Below, piece by piece: positions 43,641-53,200 of a stretch of DNA of 64,000 bases (position 1 is the stretch's first letter; each line of letters opens with the position of its first letter). A program made the translations under genes and the position numbers. Origin of the DNA: Sedimentisphaerales bacterium (GTDB taxonomy: Bacteria > Planctomycetota > Phycisphaerae > Sedimentisphaerales > SM23-30). The stretch lies in the NCBI GenBank assembly GCA_963666285.1, contig OY762711.1; one strand, 5' to 3'. Below the pieces are notes generated by a model that was not told where the DNA came from, ran no database searches, and saw only the letters and a list, made by a program, of their open reading frames with translations.

Positions 43641-44039
43641 TTGTTTAGCAAAAATATAGAACCCAGATTTGGTGATACAGATTTCCTTGGACACATAAAC
43701 AATGTAGCGATAGCAGGTTGGTTTGAGCTGGCACGAAACGATTTATATCGAGAAATTGTGCCTGACATGGGACCGGAGAATTGTCCGCTGACGATGGCGG
43801 CGTCGAGCTATGAATTCAAGGGTGAGACATACTATGGAGCTATGGCAGAAATACAGACTTATATTGCCAGAATCGGCAACTCCTCTTTTACAATAGCACA
43901 TAAACTATTTCAAAATGGTAATTTATGCGTAACCGGCTCTACGACACTAGTATATTTTGATCATGAAACCAAGCAATCAAAGCCAATTCCAGATGCAATC
44001 AGAGAAGTTCTACAACTGCATCTGGAATCAACTATTTAG
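43641..44039 (+). CDS. Acyl-CoA thioesterase (hot-dog fold, 4HBT/YbgC-like)
   Basis: PRFGDTDFLGHINN, RIGNSSF, SKPIP; TTG start with an AGGAG RBS. Confidence 0.9.
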   Translation: MFSKNIEPRFGDTDFLGHINNVAIAGWFELARNDLYREIVPDMGPENCPLTMAASSYEFKGETYYGAMAEIQTYIARIGNSSFTIAHKLFQNGNLCVTGSTTLVYFDHETKQSKPIPDAIREVLQLHLESTI

Positions 44040-44150
44040 TTTTCAATATGTTACAGCACAAATTATGTTAGAAGCGCAACTGATCGGCTATAGCGAGTAT
44101 AAGCTCAAAACTAAAACAACATAAGTCTCTTAATGACAAAGAACTACAAA

Positions 44151-46637
44151 TCAGTTGCTTAGCCATTGGCCTGCAATTACTGCCAAATCCAAGAGGTCAA
44201 CAATTGAATCATGGTTTATATCAGCGGAGTTATAAGTTCTTATTTGCGGGTAATTACCTAAAGACATTATCCAGATACCAGAAAAATCTAAAGTTGTAAA
44301 TGATTCACTTACAAGCATTTGCGATTTGGTTAGTGGATGAGCCATACTAAAAAGAGCGTATTCGCTATTGTAGGTCAAATAATAGCAATCAGCTGTATAT
44401 TCTGTGTTAAGTCCAAAGTAGGCGAGGTTCTCACAGCCAGGCGATAAATTTAGCTTACCACTGCAATAGCAGTTACTTACGTTGCCAGCTAATCGTTGCC
44501 CGCAGAAGCCGCCAACATAAGAACAATTGGAATTGCATGATATATCTCCTGTGCAATAACAATTGGATACAGTGGCATTTTCGTCGACAATACCACAGAA
44601 TCCTCCTGCATAAGATCCTTGATACAAGGCACTTACATCAGCGGTAGAAAAACATTTCCGGATGGATCCTGAATTCTGACCACAGAAGCCTCCGACATAA
44701 GTTTTGCCGGAGACACATTGAGTGCTGTAACATCTTATAATTTCAGCAGATCCGGAATTCATGCCGCAAAAACCACCTACTTGCGAGTTACCTATAACGG
44801 TAAAGTTAGAAGCGCAATTGCTTATATAACCACAATTTAAGCCACATAGCCCGCCTATAACATTGTTTTGTCCGCCGGTTATGATCCGGCCACTAACTGT
44901 AAGGTTTTTGATGACTGCCATGTCGCCGACCAGGCCGAAGAACCCCAGATAATCATTGTCATAAGTTGTTCCATCACCATAATTTAAGGTATCAATAGTT
45001 ATATCTGAAATTTCATATTCAGCACCATCAAAATTACCCTCGAAGTTTCCTGGAATGCCGCCTATAATAGCCTTTTGATAGGTATAATCAGCCATGGATA
45101 TGTTATCAACAAGCTTAAAGCTCGAATAGAAATCCTCCGGCGAATTACTTAGAAAAACGATGTCCGAAGGGTTAGCGAGCAGAAACGGCGACTCCGCGGA
45201 GCCATCACCACCACTGTACGGCATACCGCTGGAAGCGAAAAGCGTAACGGCGCTATCTGCCGAAACATAACAGCCTGCGGAGGGCTCAGAACCGATAACG
45301 GCGCCTTCGGGAACGGTCCGGGACGGTTGGTAAACGATATCGGCAACGATGAGCGAAGCATTAGCGATTTCAGCTTCAGCCTGCGAAATGGTCAAACCAG
45401 ATAAGGGTGGTACTACCACATATTCTATCTGCCATTTTAGATGCGGATACTCATTTGACTGAATCGCCCATACGGCCGGGCTACCATCAGAATCAGAGAA
45501 ATCCCAGTTAACAAAACTTTCGGCCAGACACATCTGCTGCTGAGTAAGAGGAGCGGCATCGTTTGAAGCTTCCTGTTCGACGATATCAAGATAATAGCAG
45601 TCAATTTCACTGCCATAGTCCATGCCGGCAATTTCTCCCGGATTATATTCCGCAGAGATAAAAGAAGCGGAATAGCACCTTGAAATAGTAGAACTGACAT
45701 TTTGTCCGGCAATTCCACCGATGTTGCTGTTACCGGAGATCAGCAGCAGACTATAGCAATCAGAAATAGAACCATTATAACATGTACCACAAATACCACC
45801 AACATTAGTATGACCGGTAACAATCAAGTCAGAAGCAGATAATTCAATAACAGATTCGTTCATGCCACAGATTCCACCAACGTAATGACTGGAACTAAAT
45901 TTGAATTCTCCCTGAACCGAGCACCGGGATACAGTACCATAATTATAGCCAACAATTCCGCCAATATAATAAGTAAAATAAGTTTCGTTTGTGTTCAAGG
46001 CCGCCCTGCAATTATTGACTGTACCATGGTTCTTCGCCGCTATCGCTGCCATATAATTTGTATTTTCCTGGGGTTTTAACATTACCGAATCAACTTTAAG
46101 ATTAGAAACCTCTGCACCAGAATTAACAACACCAAATACAGCCAGATATGATTCTGAACCATACAAATCCCAAAGTATAAAGTTTGATATTGTATGGCCG
46201 TTACCGTTGAAATGGCCGGAATAGCCAACACCCTGAAAATCCGGGGTTGATTGATAAACAACATCTTCGCCACCGATAATAGCTCGATAGAACATTTGGT
46301 CATTCAGTTGTATATCACAGTTTAACTCTACATATACATTAGCAGACCAATACAAATCAGCATTGCTATAATCAGAAAACTGCTGAAAATGCGAAAGCAG
46401 CTCGATACGGTAAGGGTCAGTTGAGGTACCAGAACCGGGAAGAACAGCATGACTTACGTTAACAAGTAATAATACAAAAAGCAAAGCCTGAATGACTATG
46501 AACTTTTTCAAGGATGAAGAATGGATAATGAAGTATAAAGGATGAAGTATAAAGGATAAAAATTTATAAGGTGTTGCTTCGCAACTTATTTTTAAATATA
46601 CAGATAAACGATGTGATTGACCAGACGTACCCTTCAT
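44151..46637 (-). CDS. Secreted GLUG-repeat protein: two GLUG/beta-helix modules, a central PASTA domain and a C-terminal dockerin-like motif
   Basis: GSGTSTDPYRI and GGDGSAESPFLL module starts, many VGG(I/F)CG repeats, VVPPLSGLTISQAE..VPEGAVI PASTA, tail ADINHDSIVDLLDLAVIAGQWL; AGGAG RBS. Confidence 0.85.
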   Translation of the reverse strand: MKGTSGQSHRLSVYLKISCEATPYKFLSFILHPLYFIIHSSSLKKFIVIQALLFVLLLVNVSHAVLPGSGTSTDPYRIELLSHFQQFSDYSNADLYWSANVYVELNCDIQLNDQMFYRAIIGGEDVVYQSTPDFQGVGYSGHFNGNGHTISNFILWDLYGSESYLAVFGVVNSGAEVSNLKVDSVMLKPQENTNYMAAIAAKNHGTVNNCRAALNTNETYFTYYIGGIVGYNYGTVSRCSVQGEFKFSSSHYVGGICGMNESVIELSASDLIVTGHTNVGGICGTCYNGSISDCYSLLLISGNSNIGGIAGQNVSSTISRCYSASFISAEYNPGEIAGMDYGSEIDCYYLDIVEQEASNDAAPLTQQQMCLAESFVNWDFSDSDGSPAVWAIQSNEYPHLKWQIEYVVVPPLSGLTISQAEAEIANASLIVADIVYQPSRTVPEGAVIGSEPSAGCYVSADSAVTLFASSGMPYSGGDGSAESPFLLANPSDIVFLSNSPEDFYSSFKLVDNISMADYTYQKAIIGGIPGNFEGNFDGAEYEISDITIDTLNYGDGTTYDNDYLGFFGLVGDMAVIKNLTVSGRIITGGQNNVIGGLCGLNCGYISNCASNFTVIGNSQVGGFCGMNSGSAEIIRCYSTQCVSGKTYVGGFCGQNSGSIRKCFSTADVSALYQGSYAGGFCGIVDENATVSNCYCTGDISCNSNCSYVGGFCGQRLAGNVSNCYCSGKLNLSPGCENLAYFGLNTEYTADCYYLTYNSEYALFSMAHPLTKSQMLVSESFTTLDFSGIWIMSLGNYPQIRTYNSADINHDSIVDLLDLAVIAGQWLSN
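46512..46585 (+). repeat. 7-mer tandem array plus small hairpin inside the 5' end of the GLUG gene
   Basis: GGATGAA GAATGGA TAATGAA GTATAAA GGATGAA GTATAAA GGATAAA, then AAGGT and GTTGC-TTC-GCAAC. Confidence 0.75.
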
Positions 46638-46712
46638 GATATTACTCCTTTTTCAATTAAAGTAAAAGTTCCCGAGCGGCACCCAATAACACAATTTTGG
46701 CCACTCTAATTT

Positions 46713-46770
46713 AAAAATGTAAAATGTAAAATAAAAAGTGTAAAGAAGGTGTCTGCCTTAGGCAGACCTT
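46713..46770 (+). repeat. 7-mer tandem array plus small hairpin upstream of the GLUG gene
   Basis: AAAAATG TAAAATG TAAAATA AAAAGTG TAAAGAA, then GGT and GTCTGCC-TTA-GGCAGAC. Confidence 0.75.
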
Positions 46771-47108
46771 ATTTCTAAAGCCGACGCATAAGCTTATACT
46801 ACTCTAATATACTTGATATCTAATGATTAAAAAGACAGCAGCATAAACTAATAATTGCTTTGCCTCAGTACACCATAAATACACACAACAATACAAAAGA
46901 ATAAAACTCAAGATAGAGACATCAATGCCAGAACATATTTGATTTTATTGGATTTACGCTTTATTGCAATAATTAAAAACTTAAATATGTAAAAAGAGAT
47001 GGAAGAGATATATATAAAGTTATAAATGTTAACTATTTATGTATTTCGGCAAAATAATATGATTCTCCGCCATTCAAAAGTACCCTTTAAAGATAGATGT
47101 ATCCCAAG

Positions 47109-47142
47109 AAAAAAGCCACTCCTGAAAAGAAATGGCTTTTTT
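47109..47142. terminator. Intrinsic terminator after the GH127/146 gene
   Basis: AAAAAAGCCA...TGGCTTTTTT symmetrical stem. Confidence 0.75.
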
Positions 47143-47165
47143 GATTGTCACAGAATATTATTTGA

Positions 47166-50100
47166 TTACTCCATTGAAACATCTACATATACAGAATGGT
47201 AGCCGTAGGTTTCATAGAACGGCTTGAGTGTAACGCCGTTAGATTCGAAGGTCAGGGTTGACGAATCGCCTGAGATCGATTTCGAGATATCATCGGCATT
47301 GAGTGTAAATTTTCGCCAGGTTGTGCGGGAGTCCGGTTCCTGAACAGCCAAAAGTACCGGTCCGTAGAAGATACTGGCAATATTGGGCTGGTCCATAACC
47401 TGAGAGAGATGGAAACTCATAGGCATTTTGATTTCAATAGTGTCGCCTGATTTCCAGTTCTGCTGAAGTTTGACATATGAACCAGGCTGAGCAGATACCT
47501 TTTGAGGTTTACCGTTGACGGCGACAATAAAGCCGTTAACCGCCCATTTTGGATAGCGGAAATAGATGGGGAATTTACCGCTGCCGGAAATTTTGAGCGT
47601 GGCGGTATCGGCATAAGGGATGGAAGTCATCTGGGTAAGCGTAACGTTCTTTTCAGCCCAGTTGAGGGTAGAAGGAACGTATAGATTGACATAGAGAGCA
47701 CTGTTGTCGTCAGCTTTGAAGTAGATAGAATCCTGCAGTTTGGTGCTGCTTTCAATGCCAGTTCCATTACAGCAGGTGAAGCCGTTCATATGTGAGTTAC
47801 TAAAGCTTTTATGAGAACCGGGATTTAGCGGTACATGATAGGTATTGCCGGGGTTATCCTCATCAACAGAAGCAAGGATATGGTTATACAAAGCCTGTTC
47901 GTAGTAGTCCATGTAGCGGGCATCCTGATCGAACATGAAAAGCTGACGCGACAGCTTGAGCATATTGTAAGTTGCACAGGTTTCGTTCTGGCCGCCCTGC
48001 GAGAAGCCGTTTGTGAAAAGGGTGTCCGGCTGAGCGGTGAAGCATTCGGCATTATTGGGATTTTTGGCACCGGCAACACCGCCAATGGAATACATATAAC
48101 TATGGGTAGTGATATTCCAGAAGTTTTCGGCAACATCATAATATTCGGTTTGCCCGGTACCTTTGAAGGTTTCAAGAGAGCCGGTAATCTGTGGAATATG
48201 CTGGTTTGCATGTTTACCGCGGATAGTGTCGACGTTACATGCCAGGCCGTGTTTATGCTCAGCGTTGCCGAAGAAGAAGTCGATATTATCGAAAAGCTGG
48301 GCACATTTGAGGAAACGATCGTCTTTGGTGATAAGGTACAGACGTGCCATAGCTTCGTTCATGCCACCGTATTCGCCGGCAATATACCTGTTCCACATAT
48401 GTATGCGAGTTTCAGTTGGGACAGCGTTCAGACGTTTATAAACCCAAAGTCCCATGCCACGGGCGATCTCTAGTGCCTTGGGATTACCACCGACCTCGTA
48501 GCAGTCCATGAGCCCGGCAAGAATCTTGTGCAGGGTGTAATATGGCGCCCAAATCTGGTTGTTTCTACCGCCGTAGGTAGCACCATTTTCTAGCATTATG
48601 AACTGGTCCGGCGGATAACCGGAGATGAACCCTTCGCCCCAGTTCCAATAGTCTGTCCTGATGCCTTCATGGCTGAGGTCTGAATCGAAGCTGTCTTTGC
48701 CGGGACCGACAGGTACTGTAAGAGGATCGGAATTGCTTGGGCCGCCCTGTTGGGCCGGTTTGCCGGACATTTGCGACAGTTTATAGAGATTATCTATCAT
48801 ATAGTCCATCTTTTGACGGAAGTTGCTATGGAGCGTGTCATCATATGTAGTGCTTGCATATGCCTGTGCGATAGCAGAGAGATAGTGGCCGCTGGCATGG
48901 CCGCGCAGGCGGCAGGTCTGGGTGTCCCATACCCCTAGTGGCCGAACACCGTCTGGTTGAGGCTGACCAAATGCATCCCGGAAGTTATAGAGGAAACTAT
49001 CGGGGCTGGTTTTGGCAAGGGTAAGAATGAATTTATCACGATTTTTGATAAATGGCGTATCACGACCTTCTGTATCCTTGTTGAGTATAACACTGCCAAG
49101 AGGGAAAGGCGATAGTTGCTGATGATTGGATCTATCATGAATAGATCTGGCTATGACCTTAACAGTGGCAACGGGAGCGAAATCAGTTCCAGGTACAGAA
49201 CCGGTAATGGTATAAGAGCCGGTCTTAGCAACATCATCATTGTTTTTGGGAGCGGGCCATATAACGCGAATATCCGGACCTGCAGAATTGTCACTGTATA
49301 TACCGGGCAGGTAGAATGGCAGCTGCGGCAACTGGCCGACAGATGTAGTGATCTCAATATTTTCTACGCCAGTGAGGTTTTGCACCAGCTGGTGCGGTCC
49401 GTAAATGCCGGAATCAAGCTTGGTGTCTGATTTTTCACCTTCGACAAAAGTAATTTTGTCATCAGAAATTGCGTTGTGACGTATGACAGCGACCTGTTTT
49501 TTAGAAAGAGGGATACTGTAAAAACGAACATCATACAGGCGGCCTGACAGACATTCATCTTCATCATAAAGAGATTTACCGAGATAAAGATGGTTGTTGG
49601 CGGGGTTGTCCCGGTCGAGTATATCAGACAGCTTACAGGATATATTTTCTACTTGGTCAACCTGAATGCTGTCAACAAATATACTGAGAGTCTTTTTCTT
49701 GGCATCGAGAACCACGGCAAGGTGTACCCATTTGCCAGTAGAGATTCTAAATGCAGCCGGGCCCTGCTCATTGCCGTATCCAGCAGATGTTATCCTGGAT
49801 CGATAACCAGCGTCACGTTCTTCGCCAACCGGAGTGCAATAGAAGTAACTGTTGGTGCTACGGCCAAGATCGAAGAATCTCTGCCATGGGGTAAGTTCGT
49901 TAAGGTACACCCATCCGGTAATACTAACACTCTCGAGACCATTGAGTGCATTGCCGGGCAGCTGCACATAAGAGTTATTTGATTTTCCGGGTAAAGAGAG
50001 AACTTTGCCAAACTGCTGATCTTCAATAAAACTAATATTTTCACCTTTGAATGCAGCATGTAGGTTATTGCGGGTCCAATCTTCGGGATTGCCGTTAAAC

Positions 50101-50231
50101 AGATAGCGAGCGACCAGAGCGGTTTCGCCTATGCCGTCGAGGAACTGGTCGCCTTCAGTAGTATCAGCATAAAGAGCGGATGAGAAAATCAGAATAACAG
50201 CTAAGAGCCAAGTAAAAGTTGTCATTTGCAT
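47166..50231 (-). CDS. GH127/GH146 beta-L-arabinofuranosidase family protein with N-terminal LamG and Ig-like domains
   Basis: LRGHASGHYLSA, WAPYYTLHKILAGL, EYGGMNE, HANQHIP, ETCATYNMLKLSR, FTCCNGTG (Zn/Cys catalytic motifs). Confidence 0.9.
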   Translation of the reverse strand: MQMTTFTWLLAVILIFSSALYADTTEGDQFLDGIGETALVARYLFNGNPEDWTRNNLHAAFKGENISFIEDQQFGKVLSLPGKSNNSYVQLPGNALNGLESVSITGWVYLNELTPWQRFFDLGRSTNSYFYCTPVGEERDAGYRSRITSAGYGNEQGPAAFRISTGKWVHLAVVLDAKKKTLSIFVDSIQVDQVENISCKLSDILDRDNPANNHLYLGKSLYDEDECLSGRLYDVRFYSIPLSKKQVAVIRHNAISDDKITFVEGEKSDTKLDSGIYGPHQLVQNLTGVENIEITTSVGQLPQLPFYLPGIYSDNSAGPDIRVIWPAPKNNDDVAKTGSYTITGSVPGTDFAPVATVKVIARSIHDRSNHQQLSPFPLGSVILNKDTEGRDTPFIKNRDKFILTLAKTSPDSFLYNFRDAFGQPQPDGVRPLGVWDTQTCRLRGHASGHYLSAIAQAYASTTYDDTLHSNFRQKMDYMIDNLYKLSQMSGKPAQQGGPSNSDPLTVPVGPGKDSFDSDLSHEGIRTDYWNWGEGFISGYPPDQFIMLENGATYGGRNNQIWAPYYTLHKILAGLMDCYEVGGNPKALEIARGMGLWVYKRLNAVPTETRIHMWNRYIAGEYGGMNEAMARLYLITKDDRFLKCAQLFDNIDFFFGNAEHKHGLACNVDTIRGKHANQHIPQITGSLETFKGTGQTEYYDVAENFWNITTHSYMYSIGGVAGAKNPNNAECFTAQPDTLFTNGFSQGGQNETCATYNMLKLSRQLFMFDQDARYMDYYEQALYNHILASVDEDNPGNTYHVPLNPGSHKSFSNSHMNGFTCCNGTGIESSTKLQDSIYFKADDNSALYVNLYVPSTLNWAEKNVTLTQMTSIPYADTATLKISGSGKFPIYFRYPKWAVNGFIVAVNGKPQKVSAQPGSYVKLQQNWKSGDTIEIKMPMSFHLSQVMDQPNIASIFYGPVLLAVQEPDSRTTWRKFTLNADDISKSISGDSSTLTFESNGVTLKPFYETYGYHSVYVDVSME

Positions 50232-50283
50232 AGTACACCTTTAATTTATTTGTTTGTTATTTCCTAAAACCAATTATATGGTT

Positions 50284-53200
50284 TTATTTTTTTTTTACAA
50301 TTAGTTTGAACCAATCGAACTCAACCCAGCCTGTTTCATTATCACGATGAATGGACTGGGTAAGGCCGGCCTGAAGCGGCAGGCCATCCATATCTGATCG
50401 CCAGATCGGTGTTTCCGGCAGCGGTTCCCAGTTTTTACCGTCGGGACTGGTCCTGAAATGGAAAATATTACCGGCACGTTGTATCTGAAGGTACATATCA
50501 CTATTATAAGAAGTTCGATTGAAACCCTGACGGCGGCCCCTGCCGTCTTTACTGGTCCAAATATTGCCGCAGTCCCAATATGGGAAAATACCAGAGCGAA
50601 GATGGTCTTCACCGGGTCCGGCATCTGAATTATTAGCAACACGAACCATAATTGCAGGCTCGAGCAATCCGGGCGGCCTTCTGTTATTCCAGCCCTGATA
50701 CGGAGCAACTTTGGCTTCGATTATGAAATCGCCGTCAATGTTTTTATATAATAAAGGAGCACCATTGGCCTCATCTGCAATTGCGCCGGTAGCTTCGAGG
50801 CGGAACATACCATTGGAAGTTTTGGCCTGAGTAACTGTCATTTTGTCGGAGATATTGGTAATCAGGCCGTCCCAGATTGTACCTTCAGTGCCGTCAGCGA
50901 GAAAATCATGGTCCTGGCTAAAGTCGTCATAAAATATAACAAAATCATCAGGACTGATTTTAACTTTTACAGGTTCCGAGGCTTTTGAGACATTACCATG
51001 ATAGTCACGAACCTTGACAGTATAAGCATATTCGATATTTGGCTGCAAACCGTAGTTCTCAAAATAATTATCATTAATCCAACCGCTGGTTTTGCCGCCG
51101 GGATTACCGGAAGTTTCCTCAAAATAATATTGGACACGGCCACTTAGATCGTTTGCCTTTTGTGCTGACATGCGAACTGAAGACAAAGTCATGGCTGTTG
51201 GTTCAGTATCAAATTGGACAGGTGCCGGAGGCTCAAGGTCCTGAGTATGAGATTCATAAAAGCCGGCAATATCACTTTCAGTTAATGCCTTATTAAAAAC
51301 AGCAATATCAGTGATAGCCCCTTTGAAATTTTTACCAATCGATAATTTTTCACCAACCGTTAGATCCAGAATTGCTTTTCGTGTTGAAGGTACCATTTTG
51401 CCGTCGACATATACCATTCCATTGCTGGTTATGACAACATGAGACCATGTGTTTTTAAGTTTTACCGGAAACGGGATATATTTATTATCTTTTACCCTGT
51501 TGAAGAAAGCTGCCTGATTTTGCGGATCACTGATAACAAAGGCCTCTATCGAGAAACTGCTGCCAATGTCTACACTAGAATCGCTTATAAGCTCCTCGGT
51601 ACCGTCAAAATAGAGAGCAATTCTGCCATCGGCATCTTTGATAACCGGCGGCTGAGAAACAGCAGTAAACTGCCCTTCCATAGATCCTGAATTAGAAATA
51701 CTTTGCAATGGGCCGTAATCCAGGCTACTGAAATCGAGTTTGGCAAATACTTCTGAATGAGGTTTTTGCGCGGCTAATTCGCTTATCTGGCCAGAATCTA
51801 ACGCCTGATCATATATTTTCAGGGAAGCAATTGAGCCGGAAAATAAACCGGACCTATCATGGCTTCGCCCGATGAATATTTCCTCGGTCGGAGTGATGTG
51901 CAGCATTTTTTGGGCCTGATTGTCAAGTTTACCGTCGATATAAACTTTTTCCATATGGCCGTCAAATGCCACCGCAATATGATGCCATTTAGCAGCTTCC
52001 GGAACCTGGTTATACCGCATATCGGCCCAGCCGTTATGAGCAATCGCACCAAGATCTCTATTGCGGCCATAGCCAAGGCTTGCACTGGTAGCTTCCAGGC
52101 CACCGTACCGCCCCCAGCTGACCATTGTTTCAGTGTCTGCGATTTCAGGATTAAACGCCCAGACAGCAATGGTGTAGCTAGCATTGCCATAGAGTGATTT
52201 TGGATACTGGAAATCAGACCTAAGAGAATCTTCACCTTTGAAAGTAACTGCTTTGACACCGGCAACAAGTTCAACAATCGGAACAGAGCCCTGCGGCAGG
52301 AATTTTTCTTTCAGCAAGCCATTATTAAACCACCTGTCAACAGTTCTGCCTATTTCAAGGCCGGCAGAATCCAGATCGACAAGTAATCCTTTTGGTTGGG
52401 CAGCAGGCGGAACCGGTTTCTGGTAAGGCTGCTGCATAAGATATTCAATTTCAGACGGATGAAGTGCACGTGCATAAATACGAAGTGAACACAACTCTGT
52501 TTTATTGTTTTGGGCTAGAGAGGTAAATGAGAATAAGTCATTTAGAGGTTTAGTAATCTTTTCAGTATCTATAAGTTTACCATCGAGGTAAGTCATTAAG
52601 TTTTTACCATCGCCAACAGAGGCAATCTGCTTTATTTTGCCGTCATCACAGTTTACTTTGATAATCTTTGTAAATACCTTGTTATTTATAATGGTGTCAG
52701 GGACCGGTTTATTCAATGTGATCGAACGCCCGCCGGAAATAACAATCGCATTGTTGTGGTCAATATTGCCCACAATAGTGAGAGCATCAGGAATGAACGC
52801 CCCACCCATCATGCCGCGATGATTGGAAAGCTCTTTACATGGCCCTTCCGGCATATCATTCGCTTCAAGATGTACCAGTAATTGCGGCGGATCGTATGTG
52901 GCACCTTCGAATGCCTTAAAGTTCCAAATAGCAGCAGACATGCCGGGCTTTTCCAGGCCGGTAACAGTCAAACGCAGATACCTGGCCCGAACGTCAGCAA
53001 AATCAACCATCGGACAGCCTTCAAGAACATTATTTCTTTTATCAGAGAATATCAGCCAGTTAATACCATCAGTTGAATATTCGATCAGATACTGATAGTA
53101 CCAGTTTGGATACTGGAACTGTATCCTGGTGCGTTGAATATTTTTTACTTGCCCCAGATCAACTTCAAGAGTTTGCGGCAACTGGTTAGTCTTTGCCTTC

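Noticed and set aside
47835..48473. 212-aa antisense ORF
   Set aside because: Shadow of the GH127/146 catalytic domain.
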